This document shows positions 13,071 through 23,753 of a stretch of 64,000 bases of DNA, piece after piece. This DNA is from Mobula hypostoma (taxonomy: Eukaryota). The position numbers and the translations under genes were made by a program. The stretch spans positions 66,714,001 through 66,778,000 of the forward strand of contig NC_086108.1 of NCBI RefSeq assembly GCF_963921235.1, written 5' to 3'. The notes below the pieces were generated by a model. That model worked only from the letters and a program-made list of their open reading frames with translations. It made no database searches and had not been told where the DNA came from. Position 1 is the stretch's first letter; every line of letters starts with the position of its first letter.

Positions 13071-13721
13071 TCTTTCTCAAAGAGGCGTTTTACATTTTTA
13101 GTTTCTAGGATCTTGGAGCTTTTGGAAAAGCAGTTTGCAATCATTTGTTTAAGACAAGGCATCCTGTGAAGGCATCAACTTTTACTCCCATTAGGTTATG
13201 GCCCATTATTTCCGGAAAAGGTTCCACATGTACAGTATGACCTACATCTTCAGAAGAAACATAGGAAATGACTGTGCTAATGACTTTTGCTGCACCTCTG
13301 AAAACAAGCAGCAGCTCTGTGCAAACTCAGATCTTGTGACAACATTTAAGATATCATTGTTTAGATAAATGAACAGAAAATGGTAATAGGAGTGAGTTGT
13401 TCTAGTACCTTAGTTTTCAACAAGCAAATGACCGTCGTTAGGAAGAGGAACTAAATGAAAAGAATAAGATAAATTGTTTTCTATTGATATGAAGCACCAG
13501 CTGGATTGACTTCAGATCCGGACTGTAAATCCTCACTGTCAATGATCCGATGTTTTGCATGTCTTCTACATCTGAATTCTCTCTCCTTCACTTAGCACAA
13601 AGTCATTCTCCACTACAGGGTTGGATTCACATTCACATTCCATCAGGCCCCTCTGCTTCACACCAGCTAAGCAGTAACCCATTCATTGGGATACAGTCAC
13701 AAACTTCATTAAACAAGTAGT

Positions 13722-14480
13722 TCAGGATCAGTGTTTTGTTTAATTTTCTTCACTTCACTGGTTAGGATTTTACTGCTAATGTGTAGGGTAGTTCACTTAA
13801 TGGTGTTCTGTGAGAGCAGTGTATTCTGCTGGTAGTGTTTGGGTTATCGATTCAGCCAATTAGGATGGTGAAATTGGGAGAAAGTTCCAGAGAAAGCTGG
13901 GTGAAAAGGTTTTGGATGGACACTGAGGTGGGCAGAGGTCTTTTTCGGCAGGAGATGGATTTGATCCAACTGGATCCAGCCGTAGGATTTGATCCAACTG
14001 GAATGCGCAATTCAACCGAGTCCAAGATGGGAAGTTCTACCGGTGACCGCTGAATAGGAGTTGGCACCGTGAGGAAAACTGCCACATCCAGCTTTTGGAA
14101 GATCTGAGCTCCAACCTTGTGCACACTTGATTGTTTTAATTATAATGGGCCCCTTTGTATTTTTTCTTTCTTCTTTAACAACAGTTTGGTTAAGTTGACA
14201 TTCATAAATATACTTCCTTTATAATTGTATGCAGTCTATGATCTATTATTTCTTGCTGACGGTTAATTGCATGGGGGTAGTATTTACACAGTATTTGCAC
14301 AGATCAGGGTTTGGGTTGTCGAGATATCCTACTTCCTAGTTTTGGTGGGACCCAAGTCATACCAACCCTAGATGTAAGGACTCTGAGAAAGATGGTTTTC
14401 TCACCGCTGAGTCACGTGAGTGTTAGCGAGGGGCTAACAAGCCACATCTCTAGAAACGCCCGGTAAAAAGGAGTTTCACA
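13722..14480. mobile_element. Probable solo LTR
   Basis: Ends ..tttcaca; TAGT on both flanks (13718-13721, 14481-14484); canonical 5' TG is missing. Confidence 0.4.
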
Positions 14481-14544
14481 TAGTTAAATGTCCAAAATGC
14501 ATTGCCTCATACTTATTCAAATCAAAAACCATTTACCAATCCTT

Positions 14545-15250
14545 ACAACACACACAAAATGCTGGTGGAACGCAGCAGGCCAGGCAGCATCTATAGGAAG
14601 TACAGTCAATGTTTCAGGTCAAGACCCTTCGTCAGGACTAACGGAAAAAAGAGATAGTAAGAGATTTGTAAGTGGAAGGGGGAGGTGGAGAGCCGAAATG
14701 ATAGGAGAAGACAGGAGGGGGAGGGATGGAGCCAAGAGCTGGGAAGATGATTGGCAAAAGGGAAACAAGACTAGAGAAAGGGGAATATCATGGGACAGGT
14801 GGCCTTGGAAGAAAGAAAGGGGGAGGGGAGCACCAGAGGAAGATGGAGAACAGGCAAGGAGTTACGGTGAGAGGAATTTATTTATTTATTATTTATTTAT
14901 TCCCTCTCTCTTTCCCTCTCACCATAACTCTTTGCCTGTTCTCCATCTTCCTCTGGTGCTCCCCTCCCCCTTTCTTTCTTCCAAGGCCTTCCGTCCCATG
15001 ATACTCTCCCTTCTTCAGCATTGTTTCCCTTTTGCCAATCAACTGTCCAGCTCTTAGCTCCATACCTCCCCCTCCTATATTCACCTATCATTTCAGGTCT
15101 CCCCCCTCCCCCTCCTACTTTCAAATCTCTTACTAGCTCTTCTTTCAGTTAGTCTTGACGAAGGGTCTCGACCCGAAACGTTGACTTTACTTCTTCCTAT
15201 AGATGCTACCTGGCCTGGTGTGTTCCACCAGCATTTTGTGTGTGTTGCTT
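14545..15250. mobile_element. About 700-bp fold-back of two inverted Penelope pseudo-LTRs
   Basis: 14545-14875 is the reverse complement of about 14893-15250, with an (ATTT)n spacer; hammerhead variants at about 14603-14640 (-) and 15150-15186 (+). Confidence 0.8.
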
Positions 15251-15254
15251 GAAT

Positions 15255-15789
15255 CAATCGGTGTCAGGCCACTCTTTTGCAGAATCTTGCACAGTTCAGC
15301 CAGTTCATCAAAGACATCACTTAAAACCTGTAAAGCTACTTCAAAGTGTTGTTCATCAAAGACATCACTTAAAACCTATAAAGTTCTTTTGTGCTCCACG
15401 CCCTTCGCTTCTTTTGAATTCAACATAGTGCGTCAATATTTTTTTCAATAGGAAATTAGTAAGCTAACTACAGGATTTGAAACAGGTCTTTGTAAACTTT
15501 ACGATATGAACTCTGTCCGCCAAAGATGGCTGCCACCATGATGCAACTGTACAAACTGGAACAGGAAAGGTGAGGTGACGTAAATTAGTGACGTGCATTG
15601 TGGTATTTGAAAACCCAACTAACTAGTTAACAGAAACATTTAGCTAAATGATTATTTTCAATAAGTATAATTATTAATTACTACATTATTTTAGGTAAAT
15701 AACCTTTTCTGCGCACATTAATTTCCTTTGTGCGCTGGTTGAAAAACGTGTGTGCACGCGCACATGCGCACAGTTTAGAGGGAACATAG
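15255..15789. mobile_element. Probable hAT-like DNA transposon right end
   Basis: Terminal tagagggaaca resembles the hAT TIR cagtgttccctcta; subterminal gcgcac repeats; left end not found. Confidence 0.4.
15303..15383. repeat. Direct duplication with 48-bp period
   Basis: gttcatcaaagacatcacttaaaacctRtaaag occurs twice. Confidence 0.8.
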
Positions 15790-16114
15790 TCCATGATAAT
15801 CTCCTCAGTAAACATGAGCACGAATAGACATTAAGTTTTACAAGCCTTTAAACGTCTGATGTGACATGACAATGTAATGAATGACAGCTGTGGATTGAAT
15901 TAGAAGTTGCTGATCTTTGTTGAGAGTGTTGATGATCTGGAGGTGCACTTTATCTAAATGCAGGCTTTCAATTGTAGCATTTGGCTGCAGATTTGACTGT
16001 GTCCGTGCATTATGGTTGTCCAGTCATGTGTTTACTCTGATACCCTCTCAGTTTCCAGCAGGGATCATTGTATAGTGATGAAGAACAGAAAACCTGACTA
16101 CTTTTTGTTTGACG

Positions 16115-17120
16115 TTCAAAGTCCAAAGTAAATGTATTAACAAGGTATACACATTTATCCATATAGAACCCTGAAATTTGTTTTCTTGTGGGCATACTAG
16201 GTCAAAGAGCCATAATAATATCCATGGAAGACTGCATCAACTAGGTGATCAGTGTGCAAAAGATAGAAAATTGTGCAAATACAAAAAGAAATTAATATTA
16301 ATAATAAGAATAATAAATAAATAAGCAATACATATCGAGAACGTGAGATGAAGAGTCCTGAGACATGAGTCCATAGGTTGTGGGAACAACTCATTGATGG
16401 GGCAAGTGAAGTTCTGTGAAGTTATCCCCTTTGGTTCAAGAACCTGGTAGTTGAGGGGTATTAACTGGTGGTGTGAGTCTCGAGGCTCCTGTACCTTCTT
16501 CCTGATGGCAGCAATGAAAAGAGAGCATGAGCTGGGTGGTGGGGGTCCCTGATGATGGATGCTGCTTTCCTGTGACTGCTCTCCATGTATTTGTGTTCAA
16601 TGGTGTGGAGGGTTTTACCCATGATAGACTGGGCCGTATCTCCCACTTTTTGTAGAATTTTCTGTTCGGGGCATTGGTGTTTCCATACCAGCCTGCAACC
16701 AGTCAATATGCTCTCCACCACACAGCTATAGAAGTTTGTCAAAAGTTTTCGATGTCATGCCGAATCGATGGAAACTCCTAAGGAAGTAGAGGCACTGCTA
16801 TCCTTTCTTTGTAACTCTACTTAGAGCTGGGCCCAGTACAGGTTCAACAAAACGATAACACAGAGGAATTTAGAATTGCTGACCCTCTCCAACTCGGATC
16901 CTCCAATGACGGTTGGCTCATGGTTTCCTCCTCCTGAGGTCAATAACCAGCTGACATTGAGTAAGATGTTGTGACACCACTCAGCGAAACTCAGCAGATT
17001 TTCAATCTCCCTCCAATACGCTGATTCATTACCTCCTTTGATGTGGTGTCGTCAGCATAATTGAAGGCAGCATTGGAGCTGTGCTTAGTCGCACAGTCAT
17101 AAGTGTAAAGCGAGCAGAGC
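16115..17120 (-). mobile_element. Rex1/Babar LINE 3' fragment
   Basis: TNFYSCVVESILTGC..AASIIRDPHHPAHALFSLLPSGRRYRSL. Confidence 0.85.
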
Positions 17121-18014
17121 TCAGGATAATGCCTGAATTGCACCTTGAACAGTTGGTGCTCTATGTCACCCAGTAGGATAGTGAGTAATGCACCGAGTCA
17201 TTTACCCACCAGAGTTGTTGGCCAAGAATTATTGCTTTCTGGAATCATTACCATTTGAAAAGAATTAAGATTTTAAATCATTTAGCACCATCTGGTAAAC
17301 ATTTCTTTTACAACTTCCTGAAAGGGATACAGTTGTTTGAATAACATAAACTGGAAAAGATTGAGCCAGACTTGCATGTTGTCTTGAATACTTATTGTAC
17401 TATCTAAATGTAATCACAGACAACCAGGAGATTTAATTTGGAGACACTGAAATCACTGTCTTGAAAAATGTCACTTGCCCAAAATTTATTAAAGTTTGTT
17501 TGTAGAATGTCAAAGATCTATTAATCTTGTAAGAAAAACAATGAACTGTAAAATCACCTTTACCAGACAACAATGTAAATGTTTGAAGGAGAACAATATG
17601 GACTAACATTGATATAGGCCTGAGCTGTCTTCTTTGCTAGGAAACAACATAACATGGGAATACACTGCATATCACTATGAAATAAACCATCAATGCATTG
17701 ATCCCAAATTACAATTTACATACAGGCTAAAATAATAATTTCTCAGACAGACTAGCGTATTTTCTGGAAATGCTATTGTAATGAATGTGCTTCCAGATTA
17801 GTAATTCACAGAAAATTATTATATTTGTCAGCAGGGTGGTTTAAAAATCTCAAACCAGTTTACAATTAAATATGAAAATAAAGCACCATTATTAGAAGGT
17901 AATTATTAGACTGCAGTCTCACACCAATGTTGGTTGACAATTAACAGTTCTAACCTGTCTAGCAATTCACTCAGGACTGAAAAAGGCGCAGCACCTTTTT
18001 GGGTAAGGATGGGA

Positions 18015-18180
18015 GGGCAGATGCTGCAAATCCAGAGCAACCCATACAAAATGCTGGAGGAACTTAGCAGGTTAGGCAGCATCTATCAAAATGACATTTC
18101 AACCTGAGACCTATCGTCAGGACTGGAAAGGAATGGGGGAAATGACCAGGATAAAAAGCGGGGGGGAGGGGAAAGAAAAC
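18015..18180 (-). mobile_element. Older Penelope pseudo-LTR fragment (target of the next insertion)
   Basis: aaaatgctggaggaacttagcagg..cctatcgtcaggactgg, diverged from the young copies. Confidence 0.6.
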
Positions 18181-18290
18181 GTTAGAAGGTGTAAACAACA
18201 GGAATTCTGCAGATGCTGGAAATTCAAGCAAAACACATCAAAGTTGCTGGTGAACGCAGCAGGTCAGGCAGCATCTCTAGGAAGAGGTAC

Positions 18291-18326
18291 AGTCGACGTT
18301 TCAGGCCGAGACCCTTCATCAGGCCT
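18291..18326 (-). ncRNA. Minimal hammerhead ribozyme (antisense arm, one stem I mismatch)
   Basis: Minus strand reads AGGC-CTGATGA-AGG(gtctcgg)CCT-GAAA-C-GTC-GACT. Confidence 0.65.
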
Positions 18327-18783
18327 AACTGAAAGAAGAGCTAGTAAGAGATTTGAAAGTGGGAGGGGGAGGGGGAGATCCGAAATGATAGGAGAAGACA
18401 CACTCAGGTTGGAGGAACAACACCTTATATTCCGTCTGGGTAGCCTCCAACCTGATGGCATGAACATCGACTTCTCTAACTTCCACTAATGCCCCAGCTC
18501 CCCCTCGTACCCCATCCATTATTTATTTTTATACACGCATTCTTTCTCTCACTCTCCCTTTTCTCCCTCTGTCCCTCTGACTATACCCCTTGCCCATCCT
18601 CTGGGTTCCCCCCCACCTTGTTTTTCTCCCCAGACCTCCTGTCCCATGATCCTCTCATATCCCCTTTGCCAATCACTTGTCCAGCTCTTGGCTCCATCCC
18701 TCCCCCTCCTGTCTTCTCCTATCATTTTGGATCTCCCCCTCTCCCTCCAACTTTCAAATCCCTTACTCACTCTTCCTTCAGTT

Positions 18784-18819
18784 AGTCCTGACGAAGGGTC
18801 TCGGCCTGAAACGTCGACT
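18784..18819 (+). ncRNA. Minimal type I hammerhead ribozyme (intact core)
   Basis: AGTC-CTGACGA-AGG(gtctcgg)CCT-GAAA-C-GTC-GACT; predicted cleavage after C18815. Confidence 0.78.
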
Positions 18820-19864
18820 GTACCTCTTCCTAGAGATGCTGCCTGGCCTGCTGCGTTCACCAGCAACTTTGATGTGTGTTGTTAGAAGGTGTATGTTGAT
18901 AACGTAGAAGATGTAGGTCTGTATCGATGTCCCTAGACCTTTTTCTAACATAACTGGAAATTAAAAACTGCTACTCTTGTTCTGAAAGCTTTTAAACCAA
19001 TCACAGCTGGAAAAGTCTATCAAGAATACAGTAAATACTCAGTATAAAAATCATGCTGATTCTAAAGAGGGTGAATATTATACTTTGACAGAAAATCCTT
19101 CTTAATGCAGAGCCACTTTAGAATTCAATTAGTAGCATTTGTCCTGGTTCACAGGCAAAGAACTTCAAGAAACAAAATCCTTTTATCAAGGCCAATTAGC
19201 TTGAAGCCAGTGCATTTTGTATGTGAATAAATTTTTCTTAAACTAAAAACACTATTTCATTAAAACAGGGAGGCGTGACGAGAGTCGGCTAAAGGCTGAG
19301 AGATGAAAGGCTCTCTTGGAATATGTTTAAGTCAAGTCGAATGCTCAATGAGCTGAGAGTCTGAAGCATCAATTGTGGTATTAAGTCCGCTCCCTGATCA
19401 AACAGAAGAAGCATGCAGTGCCACACCCTCCCCATATATTCCTGGCATTCTCTGTCCACCAGGCTCTTCAGCTTTCTTTCACCACTAAATAGTGGAAAAA
19501 TTACATTGATTTACACTTCACAGGGTAGGCGACAAGAGAAGGAGTTAAAGATGAAACACATTCCAAAACCACACTGCTTTGAAACCAGTTGTTTGCCGAT
19601 ATACTACTTTCCTTCCAAGAAACCTTTCTTTGAAAAATGTCTCTATGTTCTCTGTGCTACTTAGAACATATATCTGCTCTTAAGAGACAAGGCTCTTGGC
19701 AGTATTTGGGAAAACACTTAGGAGGTTTATCAAAAGCTTCCCTAAAACAAGTAATAACAAAGCACTATCAGTAGGCTAGACAGATTAAACTTTTATAGGA
19801 GCTGGAAGCTGCTTTTAATTTCAATTGACTCATGAAAGTAGCTGCACAATGAATTTGTCAGGAG

Positions 19865-20313
19865 TCCCACGGCTATCTTTTGACTGTACCTCTTCCCACC
19901 CTGAATCCTGTAAAAATGCTATTCGTTTTTCTCAGTTCCTTCGCCCCATCTGTTCCCAGGATGAGGCTTTCCTTTCCACGACATCAGAGATGTTCTCCTT
20001 CTTCAAAGAATGTGGTCTCCCTCCTTCCAAGCTCACCTGCATCTCCTTCATTCCCTGGACACCAATACTCATCTCATGTTTCCGCCACCTTAGCAGGGAT
20101 ACAGTTCCTCTCGTCCTCACCTATCATCACATGACCCTCTGCATTCAACACATTATTCTCCATAACTTCTGCCATCTTCAATGGGATCCTATTATCAACA
20201 CATTTTACCTCCCCCGCTCTCCATTTTCTGCAGGGATCGCTCCCTCTGTGATTCCCTTGTCCATTCTCCTCCTCTCCTCCCAATCTCTCTTGTGGCACAT
20301 ATCCCTGCAAGCA
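19865..20313 (+). mobile_element. Penelope ORF fragment (RT C-terminal region), left half of a split element
   Basis: DCTSSHPESCKNAIRFSQFLR.ICSQDEAF..VPLVLTYH..IILHNFCHLQ; ends at tatccctgcaagcag. Confidence 0.8.
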
Positions 20314-20580
20314 GCATGGTTAGTATAGCAGTTAACAGTGCAACTCTATAACAGCCTGGGGCATTGCAGAGTTCAGAGTTCAATTCCAGGGCCGCTGTCT
20401 GTACATCTTCCCTGTGAAAGGTTTGGATTTTCCCTGGGTGCTCTAGTTTCCTACTATGGTCTTTGGTTAGGTTATTGAGTCATTGTAAAGTGCCCTGTCA
20501 TTAGGTTAGGGTTAAATGGAGTTGTGGGATTGCTGGAGCAGCATGTTTTGAAGACCCAGAAGTGCTTACTCCATGCTGTA
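20314..20580 (+). mobile_element. tRNA-derived SINE; its tail continues at 22982-23005 after the Tigger insertion
   Basis: A-box-like tggttagtatagcagt, B-box-like gttcaattcc, V-domain-like tttccctgggtgctctagtttcct; tail ccatgctgTA|ttgctaaattaaa. Confidence 0.65.
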
Positions 20581-20738
20581 CAGGTTTCCCCCTCTATCAG
20601 AAGGCAGCGCATTCCTATGAAATGGTTCATAAGCCGGAATGTCGTAAAGTGAATAAGCAATTGCCATTCATTAAGGTGTGAAAAATATTTGAGCGTTCCC
20701 AGACCCAAAAAATAACCTACAAAATTATAGAAGCATAG

Positions 20739-21457
20739 TGTACGGGGTCTCTTTTTTTTGGTATGTTAAATTTAAAATGGCTTCTTTGTTATGTTAAATG
20801 CTAAGAAAGTCTCCAGCTAGACATTTGCTTGGGTTAACACAGATAGCAGGGAGCTATTAGCCAACGGGTATTCATGTTATTGTTCTTCGGGTGATAATGC
20901 TGTCTCATATGACTGTGGACGGGGTTTTTGGCGGGGAGTCGCAGGAAAGACGGAGAGGACGACAGACGTGCGAAAAGGCTCCGGTCCATCACTCTGGGTG
21001 GTCCCCAGCCGCGAGTCGACGGGGACCGGGTGGTCCCGAGCCGCGAGTCAACGGGGTCCGGGTGGTCCCCAACCGTGAGTCGACGGGGTCCGGGTGGTCC
21101 CGAGCCGCGAGTCGACGGGGTCCGGGTGGTCCCCAGCCGCGTGTCGATGGGGTCCGGGTGGTCGTCAGGAATTTCTGAGCTCCAACTGGTGCACGAAGGA
21201 CTTGGACTTTGATAAGTCTGGCACTTTTTTTTCCCCATTACTTCCTTTTCTGTATCGAATTTATATTAATTTCATAGACGTAGTAATATCTATAAAGTGT
21301 ACCTGGTAAAAGGTACTGTGGGTGCTGGCTGATGATTGACATTTGGGATTGATTTGGGTGGCTGTGGTACAGCAACTGACCCAGCGGGAAGCGTTCAGGC
21401 CGGTGCCGTGCGGGATTTCCCCTAGACATATACCAGCCAATATAGCTGAGCGTTACA
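20739..21457. mobile_element. Solo LTR, 719 bp, 4-bp TSD ATAG
   Basis: tgta..taca termini; ATAG at 20735-20738 and 21458-21461; sits inside a CR1 (catagaa)n tail. Confidence 0.8.
20996..21163. repeat. 32-bp GC/CpG-rich tandem repeat, about 5.25 copies
   Basis: Unit gggtggtcccSagccgcgagtcgacggggWcc starts at 20996, 21028, 21060, 21092, 21124 and 21156. Confidence 0.95.
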
Positions 21458-21860
21458 ATAGAAACATAGAAAATAGGTGCAGGAGTAGGCCATTCGGCCC
21501 TTCGAGCCTGCACCGCCATTCAGTATGATCATGGCTGATTATCCAACTCAGAACCCTGTGCCTGCCTTCTCTCCATACCCCCTGATCCCTTTAGCCACAA
21601 GGGCCATATCTAACTCCCTCTTAAATATAGCCAATGAACTGGCCTCAACTGTTTCCTGTGGCAGAGAATTCCACAGATTCACCACTCTCTGTGTGAAGAA
21701 GTTTTTCCTCATCTTGGTCCTAAAACGCTTCCCCTTTATCCTCAAACTGTGACCCCTCGTTCTGGACTTCCCCAACGTCAGGAACAATCTTCCTGCATCT
21801 AGCCTGTCCAATCCCTTCAGGATTTTATACGTTTCAATAAGATCCTCCCCTCAATCTTCT
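21458..21860 (-). mobile_element. Young CR1 3' fragment (tail begins at about 20727)
   Basis: ORF 21548-21811 SRTRGHSLRIKG..FFTQRVVNLWNSLP..FKRELD. Confidence 0.9.
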
Positions 21861-22138
21861 AAATCATGCCAAATATCACATAAAACCTAAAATAACAGTA
21901 ACATATAGTAAAAGCAGGAATGATATGATAAATACACAGCCTATATAAAGTAGAAATACTTTTCTGTAGCACTGTCTAGCGCAGCGAAAATCTCATGGCA
22001 GCACTCTTGATGGAAGTGCTCTCGGCAGAAACACTCTCTCCAGTAATCTTTAAACTATGAAGCTGCCAAATCATACCAAATAACACATAAAAATACACAG
22101 CCTATATAAAGTAGAAATAATGTATGTACAGTGTAGTT

Positions 22139-22813
22139 TCACTCACTGGAATCAGGAAGACTCCAGTAAATTGCAGTTTCGTCACAGTTAAACACTTGCT
22201 TATATGAATAACCACCTTCTGTAATTATTTTCTTCAGTTCTGCTGGGAACCTTTTGGCAGCCTCAGTATCAGCCAAAGCACTCCCTCCGGTAAACGTTAA
22301 ACTATGAAGCTGCCCTCGCCTCAGAAACCGATCAAACCACCCATGACTACCTTTAAATTCCACTTTCGCAACACTTTCATCACCATCGTCCAGTGCTTTC
22401 TGTTTCAGCTTATTAAAAAGACTAACTGATTTCTCCGTAAGTACAAGAAAACTTAACGGAACACCACGTTTTGTACACCCATCAATCCACTCAAGCAATA
22501 GACTTTCCATTTTATCCATTATTGGATGCCGACTAAGAGAGACCACTTTGCTGCGAGCAGAACCAACAGTAACATCGGCAGCTTTCAAAATTCTTTCTCT
22601 CTGCGTATAAATAGTGCGAATGGTGGACGCAGGCAAGTTCAACGCGCGGACAATGTCCTTACTTCGTTCACCACAATCGAAACGTTTAATTATCTCTAGT
22701 TTTACGCTAAGTGTAACACCCTTATGAACTCTTTTAGGCTTTTCCAATGCCTTAGAACTCACCTTGCTAATGGATGCACAAAATAAATTGAGATAAAGCA
22801 CGTGTTTAAGCAA
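22139..22813 (-). pseudogene. Truncated pogo/Tigger transposase (two HTH domains and the first catalytic motif)
   Basis: TLSVKLEIIKRFD..LNLPASTIRTI (psq-type HTH), MESLLLEWI..FKGSHGWFDRF (CENP-B-type HTH), QVFNCDETAIYW, then stop. Confidence 0.85.
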
Positions 22814-23002
22814 TGGCAGCTAGAATGCAGTTCCAGGGGAGGAACCTGGCTGTTCGGGTGCACGCTGCCTTTTTTCGTAACAGTGAAAACACCTTCGGTT
22901 AGTGAAAACAGGTAACTAATGTAGGTCTTTCGTAACAGTGAGGTGTCGTAAAGCGAACGTTCGGAAAACCGGGGCCACCTGTATTGCTAAATTAAAGAAA
23001 AT

Positions 23003-23232
23003 AAATAAATGTGACACCTGCCCACTCATCTCCTCCCTCACCTCTATTCAGGGTCCCAAACAATCCTTCCAGGTGAGGCAACACTACACCTGTGAATCTG
23101 TCGTCTACTGTACCTGGTGCTCCCAATGTGGTCTCCACTACATTGGTGAGATGTAAACTATGATCTGTTTTGTTGAACACATCCGCTCCATCCACCATGA
23201 GCGAAATTTTTCTGTGGCCAACCATTTAATCT
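23003..23232 (+). mobile_element. Penelope GIY-YIG fragment, right half of the element split at 20313
   Basis: KCDTCPLISSLTSIQGPKQSFQVRQHYTCESVVYCTWCSQCGLHYIGE; follows tgcaagc in the uninterrupted copy at about 9768. Confidence 0.8.
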
Positions 23233-23753
23233 GTAGCCATTTAATTATACCCTTGCTGTCTTAAAGTCCTTACACTCTCTGGGCTGTTTTGTTGCAGATT
23301 CTAATTGTTGAGCTATGCTTTGTTCAAAAGTGCAGTGAAGAGCAGAATCTGTGTACCTGCTTATCAATACACTAATCTTCAGAATGACAATGGCGACTGG
23401 AAAGGAGAGAAAACTGTGTTCACCAGCAATTTTTATGTGTGTTGCTTGAAATTCCAGCATCTGCAGATTTCCTCGTGTTTGAATTGTCAAAGTCTCTCTC
23501 TGTCTTGACAATCAGCATCAAACTAAATGAAACCCAGTTAAAGAGTCTCTCTTTCACTTTATCAACACTTGCTATAAGACCCATTTGAACCATTTTTGGC
23601 TGTAAATGGCCACAATTAAATTAGATGGAAATTAATGCTGTATGTGGTAATTTACAAAAATGGCAGCCAATATTTTATTTAGAAAGTCCAATCTATTTCT
23701 TACTCTTGTCAATAACTACATATTGTTTCTCAGCTTTTCCATCTTTATTGCAG

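Larger units (their letters stand above)
18194..18880 (+). mobile_element. Young Penelope insertion: inverted pseudo-LTR, ORF end, pseudo-LTR; 13-bp TSD
   Basis: gttagaaggtgta at 18181-18193 and 18881-18893; LRLEEQHLIFRLGSLQPDGMNIDFSNFH* ends at 18489; 18194-18398 is an inverted copy of the 3' end. Confidence 0.88.
20581..22981 (-). mobile_element. Tigger/pogo DNA transposon, internally deleted, TA TSD
   Basis: TA|caggtttcccc..ggggccacctg|TA imperfect TIRs; contains the transposase N-terminal ORF. Confidence 0.85.

Noticed and set aside
14488..15057. 189-aa ORF and similar ORFs at 12633-13101 and 18091-18907
   Set aside because: Read-through of low-complexity Penelope pseudo-LTRs; peptides such as GQAASLGRGTVDVSGRDPSSG recur only because the repeat recurs.
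20996..21163. CRISPR-like array (32-bp palindromic repeats)
   Set aside because: Units are contiguous with no unique spacers, no cas genes are present, and the context is a eukaryotic LTR.
20834..21309. Overlapping repetitive ORFs on both strands
   Set aside because: Produced by the GC-rich, stop-poor tandem repeat.
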